Below are positions 20,063-30,869 of a stretch of 64,000 nucleotides of DNA, piece by piece (the first letter of the stretch is position 1; each line of letters starts with the position of its first letter). The stretch is from the NCBI GenBank assembly GCA_902727925.1, contig CACVAW010000061.1, positions 713 through 64,712 on the forward strand, given 5' to 3'. The translations under genes and the position numbers were made by a program. The notes beneath the pieces are model-generated. The model had not been told where the DNA came from and did no database searches. It saw nothing but the letters and a program-made list of their open reading frames with translations. This DNA is from an uncultured Campylobacterales bacterium (GTDB lineage: Bacteria; Campylobacterota; Campylobacteria; Campylobacterales; CACVAW01).

Positions 20063-20653
20063 ATGGAATATATAGCACATAGAATAAATAAAATAGATGA
20101 ACTAAAACAAGTTCCTAAAGAATATGGTGTTGAATTAGATTTAAGAGATTATGGTGATAGATTGGTCTTAGAGCATGACCCATTTATTAGTGGAGAGGAT
20201 TTTGAAGAGTATTTAAAGCACTACGAGCATCAAACAATGATACTCAATATTAAAAGTGAGAGAATAGAGTATAAGGTTTTGGAATTACTTCAAAAATATA
20301 ATATTCAAAAATATTTTTTCTTAGATAGTTCTTTTCCTATGATATATCAACTATCTAAAAATAAAGAAAAAAATATTGCACTTAGATTTTCTGAGTTCGA
20401 GGGACTTGATACCATACTTAATATGAAAAATAGAGTTAAATGGGTATGGATAGATTGTTTTAACTCTTTACCAATTGATAAAAAAAACTACAAATTACTT
20501 AAAGAAAATGGTTTCAAAATTTGCTTAGTATCTCCTGAACTACAAGGACAAAATAAAAAACTAGAAATATATAAACAGTATTTAAAAGAAGAAAAAATTA
20601 TTTTTGATGCAATTTGTACAAAGACGTATAATATTAAAAAATGGAAAAGCTAA
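20063..20653 (+). CDS. GDPD/PI-PLC-like phosphodiesterase-fold protein
   Basis: IAHR...VELDLR...LEHDP pattern (HR...ExD...HD) typical of glycerophosphodiester phosphodiesterase TIM barrels. Confidence 0.55.
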   Translation: MEYIAHRINKIDELKQVPKEYGVELDLRDYGDRLVLEHDPFISGEDFEEYLKHYEHQTMILNIKSERIEYKVLELLQKYNIQKYFFLDSSFPMIYQLSKNKEKNIALRFSEFEGLDTILNMKNRVKWVWIDCFNSLPIDKKNYKLLKENGFKICLVSPELQGQNKKLEIYKQYLKEEKIIFDAICTKTYNIKKWKS

Positions 20654-21967
20654 TTGATAAGAAAACTACAAAACAATAAAGGCTTTATGAGATATTTTAA
20701 AAATACATCATGGTTGTTCTTTGAAAAGATTTTGCGTCTATTTGTAAATATCTTTGTAGGTATTTGGGTTGCTAGATATTTAGGACCTGAGAATTTTGGA
20801 TTGTTTTCATATGCTATTAGTTTTGTAGGACTCTTTATCGCTATTTCTACCTTAGGCCTTGATAGTATTGTGGTCAGAAATTTAGTTAACAATTCTACTA
20901 AAAAAAATGAAATATTAACGACAGCATTTTTATTAAGATGTATAGGTTCTATTCTAGTTTTTCTTGCATTAATAGTAGCTGTTAACTTCACTTCTAATGA
21001 TAAAGATACCAATATATTGATATTTATCATAGCTGGAACTACAATTTTTCAAAGTTTTAATGTTATTGATTTTTATTTTCAAAGTCAAGTAATGAGCAAA
21101 TATAGTGTATTTGCAAATATTATAAGTTTAAGTATTTCTAGTGTTATAAAAATAATATTGATTTTAAATGATGCTCCACTTGTAGCTTTTGCTTATGTTT
21201 TGTTGTTTGATAGTTTTATTTTGTCTTGTGGTTTGGTATATTTTTATTTTAAACAAACATCGGTAGTGAAATATTATAAGTTTAGTAAAAAAATTGCAAA
21301 ATCTTTACTTAGAGACTCTTGGCCGCTTATTTTAAGTGGTATGGTTATAGCTATTTATATGAAAATAGATCAAATCATGATTAAAGAAATATTAGGAAAT
21401 GAGTTTGTTGGGCAATATGCTGCAGCTGTTAAGCTCAGTGAAGCTTGGTATTTCATACCAATGGTTATAGCCACATCTCTTTTCCCAGCTATTGTAAATG
21501 CTAAAAAAATTAGTAATGAGCTATATTATACAAGATTACAAAAAATTTATGATTTGATGGTTTGGATGGCTATTGCTATAGCAATTCCGATGACATTTTT
21601 GAGTGATTGGCTAGTTAATATTCTTTATGGCGTAGAATATAATCAATCTGGAACAGTTCTAACTATTCATATTTGGACAGGAGTATTTGTATTTTTAGGA
21701 GTTGCTTTTGGTAAATATCTGAGTGCTGAAAATTTGACTAAAAAAGCTTTTTATAGGACTCTTTTAGGAGCAGTGTTAAATATTTCATTAAATTATGTAT
21801 TAATACCTAAATATGGGATAAATGGAGCTGCTGTTGCGACATTATTAGGTCAATTTAGTGCAAATTATTTGTATGATGTATTTGATAAAGACCTACATGG
21901 TCAATTAAAAATGAAAACAATGAGTTTTTTTCCTATACATATATTGAGAGGATATAATAAAAAATGA
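20654..21967 (+). CDS. wzx: Wzx-type oligosaccharide flippase (MOP superfamily), copy 1
   Basis: About 12 TM segments, KNTSWLFFEKILRL...ARYLGPENFG, and a central DQIMIKE...GQYAAA motif. An alternative ATG lies at 20687. Confidence 0.8.
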   Translation: MIRKLQNNKGFMRYFKNTSWLFFEKILRLFVNIFVGIWVARYLGPENFGLFSYAISFVGLFIAISTLGLDSIVVRNLVNNSTKKNEILTTAFLLRCIGSILVFLALIVAVNFTSNDKDTNILIFIIAGTTIFQSFNVIDFYFQSQVMSKYSVFANIISLSISSVIKIILILNDAPLVAFAYVLLFDSFILSCGLVYFYFKQTSVVKYYKFSKKIAKSLLRDSWPLILSGMVIAIYMKIDQIMIKEILGNEFVGQYAAAVKLSEAWYFIPMVIATSLFPAIVNAKKISNELYYTRLQKIYDLMVWMAIAIAIPMTFLSDWLVNILYGVEYNQSGTVLTIHIWTGVFVFLGVAFGKYLSAENLTKKAFYRTLLGAVLNISLNYVLIPKYGINGAAVATLLGQFSANYLYDVFDKDLHGQLKMKTMSFFPIHILRGYNKK

Positions 21968-22664
21968 AAAAAGATTTTAATTACAGGTTGAGCAGGTTTT
22001 GTAGGAAGTCATCTTTGTGAGAGGTTGTCAACAGATGATGAAGTTTATAGTTTAGATAATGTAACATATATTAATGGAAGTACGGCAGATATCAATAGAT
22101 TTTACTTCTGAAACAATAGATCACTTAGGTCATTATAGCAGGGGGGTGAACAAAGCTTTGATGATATTAAAAATTTTTTAGAGTATAATAAAATTGATAC
22201 ATTTGCTGTTTTGGAGTTTGTTAGAAAAACAAAAGCAAAATTAATATATACTGATACTAGTATAAAATTACGCTTCTTGATATGGTATATTCTACGCTAT
22301 TACATATTTTTATAATGTGTATGGTTCAATAGAAATTAGCTCAGGCAAATATGAGACTTTAATCTCACTTTTTAAAGAAAAAATGAAGAATAACGAAAAA
22401 CTTACAGTTGTAAGTTTTAGAACACAAAAGAGAAATTTTACCCATATTGATGACATAATAAATGAGTTAGTTCTTGTTGGTGAGGGAGATGGCTTTTGTA
22501 TTGGAAGTTCTGAATCCTATAGTATAATAGATATTGTAAAGATGTTTGGTGGTAATATAGAGATGCTAGATTCAAGGAAAGGCAACAGGATGTCAGTTGA
22601 AGTTATTATTGAAAAATTAGGTTGGGAAGTGAAGCATATATTAAAAGACTATATTAATGGATAA
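21964..22664 (+). pseudogene. decayed NAD-dependent sugar epimerase/dehydratase
   Basis: Shifted frame reads KKILITG*AGFVGSHLCERLSTDDEVYSLDN. Lesions are an extra A in the A-run after the ATG, GGA->TGA in the GxxGxxG motif, further stops, and a length about 200 bp too short. The track ORF 22317-22664 is its C-terminus (RNFTHIDDII...LGW). Confidence 0.8.
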
Positions 22665-23577
22665 CATTTTATCTCCCATAGTATTATTTGTATATAATAG
22701 GTTTGAACATACAGTAAAAACACTACAGTCACTACAAAAAAATGAGCTAGCAAATCAAAGTGAACTATTTATTTATAGTGATGCACCTAAGGATGAAACA
22801 GCTTTTGGTGAAGTATATAGAGTGAGAGAATATATAAAAACTATAGATGGATTTAAAAAAGTCACTATTATTCAAAGAGATAAAAACTGGGGATTAGCAA
22901 ACTCGATTATAGATGGCGTTACAAAAATTATAAATCAATATGGAAAAATAATAGTACTAGAAGATGATTTAGTGACAAGTCCATATTTTTTGAAGTTTAT
23001 GAACGAGGCTTTAGAATATTATGAAAACTCTCAAGATATTTGGCATATTAGTGGATGGAATTATCCTATACAAACCACTAATACTGAAAATGTGTTTTGT
23101 TGGAGACTGATGAATTGCTGGGGCTGGGCTACATGGGCAAAAAAATGGAACCATTACGAAAAAAATGTTTCTAAATTGATAAGTGAATTTAATAATGAAG
23201 ATATTCATAAATTTAATCTTGATGGAGTTGAGAACTTTTGGAATCAAGTCTTACAGAATAAAAATAATAAAATAAATACTTGGGCTATTTTTTGGTATGC
23301 TACAATTTTTAAAAAGGGTGGACTTTGCATCAACCCATCTCAAACTTTTGTTGAAAATATTGGTCATGATGGTAGTGGGGTTCATTGTGCAAAAAATGAC
23401 TCATTTTCTAGTCAATTATCAGTAAAAGGGAATATAAAATATCAGCCTCAAAGTAAAGAAAACTTAATAGTTGTAGATAAAATTAAGCACTTTTATAAAA
23501 TAAACAAAAGATCATTATTAACAAGAATATTAAATAAAGTTTCAAGAAAAATTATAGGAAAAAATTTAATAAAATGA
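22657..23577 (+). CDS. putative GT-A fold glycosyltransferase
   Basis: IVLFVYNRFEHTVKTLQSL, IVLEDDLV (DxD) and a Trp-rich catalytic half. Confidence 0.6.
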   Translation: MDNILSPIVLFVYNRFEHTVKTLQSLQKNELANQSELFIYSDAPKDETAFGEVYRVREYIKTIDGFKKVTIIQRDKNWGLANSIIDGVTKIINQYGKIIVLEDDLVTSPYFLKFMNEALEYYENSQDIWHISGWNYPIQTTNTENVFCWRLMNCWGWATWAKKWNHYEKNVSKLISEFNNEDIHKFNLDGVENFWNQVLQNKNNKINTWAIFWYATIFKKGGLCINPSQTFVENIGHDGSGVHCAKNDSFSSQLSVKGNIKYQPQSKENLIVVDKIKHFYKINKRSLLTRILNKVSRKIIGKNLIK

Positions 23578-24815
23578 AAATTTTACAAGTAAGTACCTCT
23601 GATATAAAAGGTGGAGCAGCAAGAGCAGCATATAGACTTCATAAAGCACTCTTATCTGAAAACATAGAAACTCAAATGCTAGTACAAAACAAAAGTAATG
23701 ATGATTATACAGTCTTAGGGCCAACTACAAAGTTTAAAAGATTGATAGGATTACTAAGACCTACGCTAGATACTATAAGTCTAAGAAAATATAAAAACCG
23801 TACAAAAACATTATTTAGTCTAGGAGGGTTAGGATTTAGTGGTGTTGTAGATAAAATCAATGATATAAATCCTGATATAGTACACCTTCATTGGGTAAAT
23901 GGTGGAATGATAAGAATAGAAGATATAAAAAAAATAAAAGCTCCTATTATATGGTCACTTCATGATAACTGGGTTTTTACGGGTGGTTGTCATATTATGT
24001 GGGATTGTGAAAAATATAAAAATAGTTGTGGAGCTTGTCCAAGACTAGGAAGTAGTAAAGAAAAAGATTTAAGTAGAAAAGTTTTTCTTCGTAAGAAAAA
24101 AGTATTTTCTTCTAAAAAAGATATTGTGATAGTGGGTTTGAGTAAATGGATTACTAAATGTTCAAAGAATAGTTCTTTGTTAAAGGATAAAAAACACATT
24201 ACTCTACCTAATCCTATAGATATAAATATTTTTAAGCCATTTGATAAAGAAAGATCAAGGGAATTATGGAATTTACCTAAAAAGAAAAAATTATTATTGT
24301 TTGGTGCTATGAACGCTACAAGTGATATTAATAAGGGATTTTTAGAACTTAGTGGAGCTATAAAGAAATTGAGAAGAGAGATGGAATTAGAGCTTGTGAT
24401 TTTTGGTAGTAGTAAACCAGAAAAGGAACCGGAATTAGGCTTTAAAGTCCATTATGTAGGAAACTTACATGATAATGTAAGTTTGGTTACTCTTTATAGT
24501 GCAATTGATGTTATGGTTGTTCCGAGTTTACAAGAATCATTTGGTCAAACTGCAAGTGAAGCTATGGCCTGTAAAACACCTGTTGTAGCTTTTAGGCATA
24601 CTGGATTACTAGATATTATTGACCACAAAATAAATGGATACCTAGCAAAACCTTTTGATGTGGCTGATTTGTCAAGAGGAATTGAATGGGTATTAAGTAC
24701 AAATAAATATCAAGAACTTTGCCAAAATGCAAGAGTTAAGGTCATAAAAGAGTTTGATAGTATAATAGTATCTAAAAAATATATTAATCTATACCAGAGT
24801 ATCTTAGATAGTTAA
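23574..24815 (+). CDS. GT4 (GT-B fold) glycosyltransferase
   Basis: Ex7E region VPSLQESFGQTASEAMACKTPVVAF; 413 aa. Confidence 0.85.
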   Translation: MKILQVSTSDIKGGAARAAYRLHKALLSENIETQMLVQNKSNDDYTVLGPTTKFKRLIGLLRPTLDTISLRKYKNRTKTLFSLGGLGFSGVVDKINDINPDIVHLHWVNGGMIRIEDIKKIKAPIIWSLHDNWVFTGGCHIMWDCEKYKNSCGACPRLGSSKEKDLSRKVFLRKKKVFSSKKDIVIVGLSKWITKCSKNSSLLKDKKHITLPNPIDINIFKPFDKERSRELWNLPKKKKLLLFGAMNATSDINKGFLELSGAIKKLRREMELELVIFGSSKPEKEPELGFKVHYVGNLHDNVSLVTLYSAIDVMVVPSLQESFGQTASEAMACKTPVVAFRHTGLLDIIDHKINGYLAKPFDVADLSRGIEWVLSTNKYQELCQNARVKVIKEFDSIIVSKKYINLYQSILDS

Positions 24816-24827
24816 TACAGGTAACAT

Positions 24828-25994
24828 ATGAAAATAGCAATAGTAGGTACAGGATACGTAGGTCTTTCAAATGGGATTTTGTTAGCTCAGAATAATGAAG
24901 TTGTAGCATTAGATGTAGTAGCAGAAAAAATAGACTTACTAAACAAAAAAATATCACCAATAGAAGATGTAGAAATCCAAAGTTTCTTATCTACGAAAAA
25001 GCTTAACTTTAAAGCCACTCTTGATAAAGATGAAGCTTATAAAAATGCTGATTTCATAATCATAGCAACTCCTACAGATTACGACGCAACAACAAACTAT
25101 TTTAATACAAAATCAATAGAAAGTGTAATAACTGATGTTCTAAGTATTAATAGAAATGCTACTATGGTTATAAAGTCAACAATACCTGTAGGCTATATCA
25201 AAGAAATAAAAAAGAAATTTAATCTCACTAATATAATGTTTTCTCCAGAATTTCTAAGAGAGGGTAAGGCTCTGTATGATAACTTATATCCAAGCCGTAT
25301 AATAGTAGGAGAACAAAGTGATCGGGCTAAGGTTTTTGCAAACCTATTAGTTCAGGGGGCGATTAAAAAAGATATTCCATTACTTTTTGTTGATTCAACT
25401 GAAGCAGAAGCAATAAAATTATTCTCAAATACATATTTGGCTATGAGGGTAGCTTATTTTAACGAACTTGATAGTTATGCTCAAACTCATGAGCTAGAGT
25501 CCAAACAAATTATTCAAGGTGTAGGACTAGATCCTCGTATCGGAAATCATTATAACAATCCATCTTTTGGGTATGGTGGGTATTGCTTACCAAAAGACAC
25601 AAAACAACTAAAAGCCAACTTCAAAGATGTCTCTCATAGTTTGATAAGTGCAATAGTTGAAGCTAATAGTGTCAGAAAAAAATTCGTAGCAAATAGTATA
25701 TTAAAAAAAGAGCCTAGAATAGTCGGTATATACAGACTCATAATGAAAGCAGGGAGTGACAACTTCAGGAATTCTGCTATACAAGATATTATAGATATAA
25801 TAGTTAGTAATAATATAGAAGTAGTGATATACGAACCTATAATAAATGAAAAAGAATATAATGACTTAAGAGTGATAAAAGACTTAAATGAATTTAAAAA
25901 CATCAGTGATATAGTAGTAGCAAATAGAATATCAGACGAAATAAAAGATATAAAATCAAAAATATACTCTAGAGACATATTTGGAAACGACTAA
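24828..25994 (+). CDS. ugd: UDP-glucose 6-dehydrogenase
   Basis: [13 protein letters not shown], catalytic-Cys motif [10 protein letters not shown]; 388 aa. Confidence 0.93.
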   Translation: MKIAIVGTGYVGLSNGILLAQNNEVVALDVVAEKIDLLNKKISPIEDVEIQSFLSTKKLNFKATLDKDEAYKNADFIIIATPTDYDATTNYFNTKSIESVITDVLSINRNATMVIKSTIPVGYIKEIKKKFNLTNIMFSPEFLREGKALYDNLYPSRIIVGEQSDRAKVFANLLVQGAIKKDIPLLFVDSTEAEAIKLFSNTYLAMRVAYFNELDSYAQTHELESKQIIQGVGLDPRIGNHYNNPSFGYGGYCLPKDTKQLKANFKDVSHSLISAIVEANSVRKKFVANSILKKEPRIVGIYRLIMKAGSDNFRNSAIQDIIDIIVSNNIEVVIYEPIINEKEYNDLRVIKDLNEFKNISDIVVANRISDEIKDIKSKIYSRDIFGND

Positions 25995-26002
25995 GGAATA
26001 AA

Positions 26003-27022
26003 ATGAATAATGTATTAGTGACAGGTGGAGCAGGATATATTGGTTCTCATGTAGTAAAGCAACTATTAGAACAAACAAATACTAAAGTAACTATATTAGA
26101 TAATCTTAGTACAGGAAGTAAAATAACACTTGATACTCTTAAAAACATTAGAGAGTATGAGTTTATTAAGCTTGATCTTAAAGAATTTGATGAAGTTGAA
26201 TTGGTTTTAAAAAATAATAGCTTTGATACTATAATTCATTTTGCAGCGTCTATAGTTGTTCCAGAATCAGTTGAAAATCCATTAAAATATTATATGAATA
26301 ATACAGTCAATACCACAAACCTAATAAACCAAGCAGTTAAATATAATGTGAGCAAGTTTATATTTAGTTCAACTGCAGCAACTTACGGCGAACCTATAAA
26401 TATACCTGAGAATGGTATAGACGAAGACTATAGTCAAAATCCTATTAATCCTTATGGTATGAGTAAGCTTATGAGTGAAAGAGTTTTGATAGATACAGCA
26501 AAAGTAAATGAAAGTTTTAAATATGTGATATTTAGATATTTTAATGTTGCAGGTGCTGATATAAATTATGAAAATAAGGAATTAGCTCCAAGAATAGGAC
26601 AAAGCTTTCCTAACGCAACACACCTGATAAAAATAGCTTCAGAGTGTGCTTGTAAAAAAAGAGAACAAATGGCAATCTTTGGAGATGACTATGATACCAG
26701 TGATGGGACAGGTGTAAGAGACTATATTCATATAGACGACCTTGCAGATGCACACATAAAAGCAATAGATTATTTAAAACATAATGATAGTGATATTTTT
26801 AATGCTGGGTATGGAAAAGGCTTTAGTGTAAAAGAAGTGATAGAATGTATGAAAGATAGTACGAAAAAAGATTTTAAGGTTAGTATTGAGCCTAGAAGAT
26901 TAGGTGATCCTGCAACTTTGATATCTAATAATAGTAAAATTAAATCTAAAATGGGTTGGACACCAAAATATGATGACCTATCACTTATTTGCCAAAGTGC
27001 TTATGCTTGGGAAAACAGATGA
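26003..27022 (+). CDS. galE: UDP-glucose/UDP-GlcNAc 4-epimerase
   Basis: VTGGAGYIGSH, SSTAATYG, YGMSKLMSE (YxxxK) and RDYIHIDDLA. Confidence 0.9.
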   Translation: MNNVLVTGGAGYIGSHVVKQLLEQTNTKVTILDNLSTGSKITLDTLKNIREYEFIKLDLKEFDEVELVLKNNSFDTIIHFAASIVVPESVENPLKYYMNNTVNTTNLINQAVKYNVSKFIFSSTAATYGEPINIPENGIDEDYSQNPINPYGMSKLMSERVLIDTAKVNESFKYVIFRYFNVAGADINYENKELAPRIGQSFPNATHLIKIASECACKKREQMAIFGDDYDTSDGTGVRDYIHIDDLADAHIKAIDYLKHNDSDIFNAGYGKGFSVKEVIECMKDSTKKDFKVSIEPRRLGDPATLISNNSKIKSKMGWTPKYDDLSLICQSAYAWENR

Positions 27023-28254
27023 AAACATTTATTATAGAAAATAAAAATAAAATAAATTATAATAAGGTGTACTTTTATAGTATTTTGCTTTTTGCTTTTT
27101 GTTTACCATTATCAAGAGCAGGAATTAGTTTCTTTAGCATTTTTTTGCCTCTGATTTGGTTTATAGAAGGAGATATTAAAGCAAAATTTAAACAAATATA
27201 TAAAGACAAAGTACTGTTTTCTTTGGTCTTATTAGTTGGTTATTATATTTTATCAATACTTTGGAGTGAAAATTATACTGAAGCCCTTGGCTCTATGAAA
27301 ATGTATTTTTATTTGTGTACTTTATTTGTTATAGCTACGTCATTAAAAAAAGAGAATATTTTTAAAGTTATTTCAGCTTTTTTACTGGGAATGTTTGTTA
27401 GTGAAGTTATTGCTTATGGTGTATTCTTTGAGTTCTGGGAATTTAAACATGCTACTCCAAAAAACCCTAGTCCTTTTATGGTACATATCGCTTATAGTGT
27501 ATTTATGGCCTTTACATCTCTATTGATATTAAATAAAATTATTTCTAATAAATATAAGATGAGTGCTAGATTTATATACATTATATTTTTTCTTACAATA
27601 ACTGGAAATTTATTTTTAGCAAATGGAAGAACTGGTCAAGTAGCATTTATAGTTGGGATTGTTGCTATCTTTATAGTTCATTACCGAGTTTCAATAAAAT
27701 CAATATTTTTTAGTTTGATTTTAATATCTACGCTACTTTTTTCATTTTATACTATTAGCAATACTTTTAAAGTTAGAGTTAATGAGGCAGTTGTAGATAT
27801 AAAAGATATGAAAGATATGAAATTTGATGGTTCATGGGGTGTTAGAGTAGCTTACTGGATTACTACCTTTAATGTTTTAAAAGAAAAACCTTTTGGTTCT
27901 GGTATAGGTGACTACAAAGTCGAAACAAAAAAAGAGTTATCGAAAGAAAAATATAACTTTTTGAATCAAGAAACAAAAAAGTTTATGTCAAAGCATCATC
28001 CTCATAATCAATATTTGTTATTATTGTTGCAAAATGGTGTTTTTGGCATAATGTTATTTCTGTATTTTTTGTTTAATTTTTTTACTCAAAAGATAAACAA
28101 TTCAGAATTAAAAGAGTTATCAATTATTTTTGGTGTTATATACTGTGTTGGGTTTATGGCTGAACCACTTTTAATAAAACAGTTTACAGTTGCATTATTT
28201 GCACTGTTTGTAGGGATATTTGCAGTATATAGGAAAAGTGATTATGATATCTAA
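27019..28254 (+). CDS. O-antigen ligase/polymerase family (Wzy_C) membrane protein
   Basis: ATG at 27019 overlaps the galE stop (ATGA). About 11 TM segments, GRTGQVAF, and a periplasmic loop ending in HPHNQYLLLLLQNG. Confidence 0.75.
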   Translation: MKTFIIENKNKINYNKVYFYSILLFAFCLPLSRAGISFFSIFLPLIWFIEGDIKAKFKQIYKDKVLFSLVLLVGYYILSILWSENYTEALGSMKMYFYLCTLFVIATSLKKENIFKVISAFLLGMFVSEVIAYGVFFEFWEFKHATPKNPSPFMVHIAYSVFMAFTSLLILNKIISNKYKMSARFIYIIFFLTITGNLFLANGRTGQVAFIVGIVAIFIVHYRVSIKSIFFSLILISTLLFSFYTISNTFKVRVNEAVVDIKDMKDMKFDGSWGVRVAYWITTFNVLKEKPFGSGIGDYKVETKKELSKEKYNFLNQETKKFMSKHHPHNQYLLLLLQNGVFGIMLFLYFLFNFFTQKINNSELKELSIIFGVIYCVGFMAEPLLIKQFTVALFALFVGIFAVYRKSDYDI

Positions 28255-28266
28255 AAAGGAGTTTAA

Positions 28267-29157
28267 ATGAAAGGTATAGTATTAGCAGGAGGAAGTGGAA
28301 CAAGATTGTATCCCATAACAAAAGGTGTAAGTAAACAACTTGTTCCTATATATGACAAGCCGATGATATATTATCCAATATCTGTATTGATGCTCTCAGG
28401 GATTAAAGAAGTACTTATTATCTCAACACCTACAGATTTGCCAAGATTTCAGGAACTTTTAGGTGATGGTAGTGATATTGGTATGAAGTTTGAATATGTA
28501 GTTCAGCCTAGTCCAGATGGTCTAGCTCAGGCGTTTATACTAGGTGAAGAGTTTATTGGGGATGATGATGTATGTTTAGTTCTTGGTGACAATATATTTT
28601 ATGGGGGAGGGTTAACTCACTTACTTCATAAGTCTGTAATTCAGGCCAAAGAAGAAAACAAAGCTACAGTATTTGGATACTATGTTAGTGATCCAGAGCG
28701 TTACGGGGTAGCTGAGTTTAATGATAGTGGTGATGTTATAAGTATAGAAGAAAAGCCAGAGGTAGCAAAGAGTAATTACGCGGTAGTAGGACTATATTTT
28801 TATCCAAATGATGTAGTAAAAAAAGCAAAACTTGTAAAACCTAGCCATAGAGGCGAACTTGAAATAACATCTCTTAATCAAGAGTATTTGAAAGAAAATA
28901 GACTCAAAGTCAAGCTTATGGGAAGAGGATATGCATGGCTTGATACAGGTACTCATGAGAGCTTGCTTGAAGCTAGCCAATTTATTCAAACTATAGAAAA
29001 TAGACAATCACTTAAAGTTGCTTGTCTTGAAGAGATAGCTTTTGAAATGGGATATATCTCAAAAGAAAAATTAATAAAATTAGCTCAACCATTGAAAAAA
29101 AATCAATATGGGCAGTATTTGATAAAAAGAGCTAATGAGGGAATAGTAGCAAGATGA
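28267..29157 (+). CDS. rfbA: glucose-1-phosphate thymidylyltransferase
   Basis: [33 protein letters not shown] and [12 protein letters not shown]. Confidence 0.95.
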   Translation: MKGIVLAGGSGTRLYPITKGVSKQLVPIYDKPMIYYPISVLMLSGIKEVLIISTPTDLPRFQELLGDGSDIGMKFEYVVQPSPDGLAQAFILGEEFIGDDDVCLVLGDNIFYGGGLTHLLHKSVIQAKEENKATVFGYYVSDPERYGVAEFNDSGDVISIEEKPEVAKSNYAVVGLYFYPNDVVKKAKLVKPSHRGELEITSLNQEYLKENRLKVKLMGRGYAWLDTGTHESLLEASQFIQTIENRQSLKVACLEEIAFEMGYISKEKLIKLAQPLKKNQYGQYLIKRANEGIVAR

Positions 29158-29717
29158 ATTTCATAAGAACTAATATCCCTGATGTAGTAATATGTGAACC
29201 AGTAGTCCATGGAGATGATAGAGGCTATTTTATAGAGACTTTTAGACAAGATAAACTAGAAGAGTTTATAGGATATAGAATCAACTTCACTCAAGATAAT
29301 GAATCAAAAAGTTCACGAGGAGTTTTAAGAGGGTTACATTATCAGTTAGCACCTTATGCTCAAACCAAACTTGTTCGAGTAATAGCAGGAAGAGTTCTTG
29401 ATGTTGCTGTTGATATTAGAAAAGGAAGTCCTACCTTTGGTAAATATGTAGCAGTAGAATTAAGTGGGGAAAATAAAAGACAACTTTTAGTCCCTCGTGG
29501 ATTTGCTCATGGATTTGTTGTACTTGAAGACAATACTACATTTGCTTATAAAGTAGACAACTACTACAGTCCTGAGTGTGATAGAGGTATAGCTTATGAT
29601 AGTGTAGGTATTGATTGGCAGATCAAAGACCTCAAGCTCTCACCAAAAGATGAAGTTCAACCTACACTTCAAGATACAAAAGATTTATTTGATTATGGAA
29701 TTAATTACTATGAATAA
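29154..29717 (+). CDS. rfbC: dTDP-4-dehydrorhamnose 3,5-epimerase
   Basis: [16 protein letters not shown] and PRGFAHGF. Confidence 0.95.
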   Translation: MNFIRTNIPDVVICEPVVHGDDRGYFIETFRQDKLEEFIGYRINFTQDNESKSSRGVLRGLHYQLAPYAQTKLVRVIAGRVLDVAVDIRKGSPTFGKYVAVELSGENKRQLLVPRGFAHGFVVLEDNTTFAYKVDNYYSPECDRGIAYDSVGIDWQIKDLKLSPKDEVQPTLQDTKDLFDYGINYYE

Positions 29718-30579
29718 GATATTAGTAACTGGAGCAAATGGTCAGCTAGGTAGTGAAATAAAACAAGCTTCAAATAACTATTCTGAATATAAATTTTATT
29801 TTACTAGTAGAAAAGAACTTGATATTTCTAATCCTATAGACATAGAAAACTATATCAAAAATAATAATATAAGTATCATTATAAACTGTGCTGCATATAC
29901 AGCAGTAGACCTTGCTGAACAAGAAAAAGAGCAGGCCAACAGTATAAATAATATAGCAGTAAAAAATCTAGCAAATATATCAAAAAAATATAATATAAAG
30001 TTAGTTCACATCTCAACTGACTATGTATTTGATGGGACAAATCATAAGCCATATATAGAGACAGACGATACAAACCCTAAAAGTATATATGGACAAACAA
30101 AACTTGATGGAGAACAAGCAATATTAAGTATAAATCCATTAAATTCCATCATCATTAGAACATCATGGGTTTATAGCTGTTTTGGAAATAATTTTGTAAA
30201 AACAATGTTGAAACTTGGAAGTTCAAGAGATGAACTTGGTGTTATATCCGATCAAGTGGGAACTCCTACATATGCTAAAGATTTAGCTACAAGTATTTTG
30301 GATATACTGTCAAAAATAAAAAATAATAAAGTTGAGATTTATCATTATAGTAATGATGGTGTATGTAGTTGGTATGACTTTGCAAAAAATATTATGGATA
30401 TAGCTGATATTGATTGTAAGATTAATTCTATAGAAACAAAAGAATATCCAACACCAGCGTCAAGACCACATTATAGTATTCTGAACAAATCAAAGATTAA
30501 AAATGACTTTGAGATAAACATTCCTTATTGGAAAGATAGTTTGAGTGAATGTATAAAGAAAGTTTTGAATGATAAGTGA
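29710..30579 (+). CDS. rfbD: dTDP-4-dehydrorhamnose reductase
   Basis: ATG at 29710 gives [14 protein letters not shown]; the upstream extension in the track overlaps rfbC. Also STDYVFDG and YGQTKLDGE. Confidence 0.92.
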   Translation: MNKILVTGANGQLGSEIKQASNNYSEYKFYFTSRKELDISNPIDIENYIKNNNISIIINCAAYTAVDLAEQEKEQANSINNIAVKNLANISKKYNIKLVHISTDYVFDGTNHKPYIETDDTNPKSIYGQTKLDGEQAILSINPLNSIIIRTSWVYSCFGNNFVKTMLKLGSSRDELGVISDQVGTPTYAKDLATSILDILSKIKNNKVEIYHYSNDGVCSWYDFAKNIMDIADIDCKINSIETKEYPTPASRPHYSILNKSKIKNDFEINIPYWKDSLSECIKKVLNDK

Positions 30580-30582
30580 TGA

Positions 30583-30869
30583 ATGAAAAAATATAATTTT
30601 AGATAAGTCATTTCAAAACAATTACTTAGAAGTGGAACATCAATAGGTGCAAATATAAATGAAGCACAAGCAAGACAATCTAAAAAAGACTTTATATCTA
30701 AAATGAGTATAGCAAGTAAAGAGGCACGAGAAAGTAAGTACTAGAACTTCTCATAAGAACAGAGTACTTATCTCTTAAAGATAAGTATACAAGTAATTTA
30801 CTCAGCCAAGTAAATGAGACTATAAAAATAATAACAAGTATTGTGAAAACTTCAAAGGAAAATATCTAA
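30583..30869 (+). pseudogene. decayed four-helix-bundle (23S rRNA IVS / Avd-like) protein gene
   Basis: Reads MKKYNFR*VISKQLLRSGTSIGANINEAQARQSKKDFISKMSIASKEARESKY*. After a frameshift it continues (W)LELLIRTEYL...SIVKTSKENI*. The N-terminal helix is deleted. It is a paralogue of the intact gene at 52648-52998. Confidence 0.75.

Noticed and set aside
20650-21030. 126-aa minus-strand ORF
   Set aside because: It lies entirely antisense to the 5' end of the Wzx flippase gene, has a low-complexity hydrophobic/basic translation and no motif. It is a typical shadow ORF in AT-rich DNA.
22317-22664. 115-aa ORF called in the track
   Set aside because: It is the still-open C-terminal third of the decayed epimerase and lacks the Rossmann and catalytic regions.
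25634-25978. 114-aa minus-strand ORF
   Set aside because: It is antisense to the 3' end of ugd, and its Ile/Leu/Ser-rich composition reflects reverse-complemented AT-rich codons.
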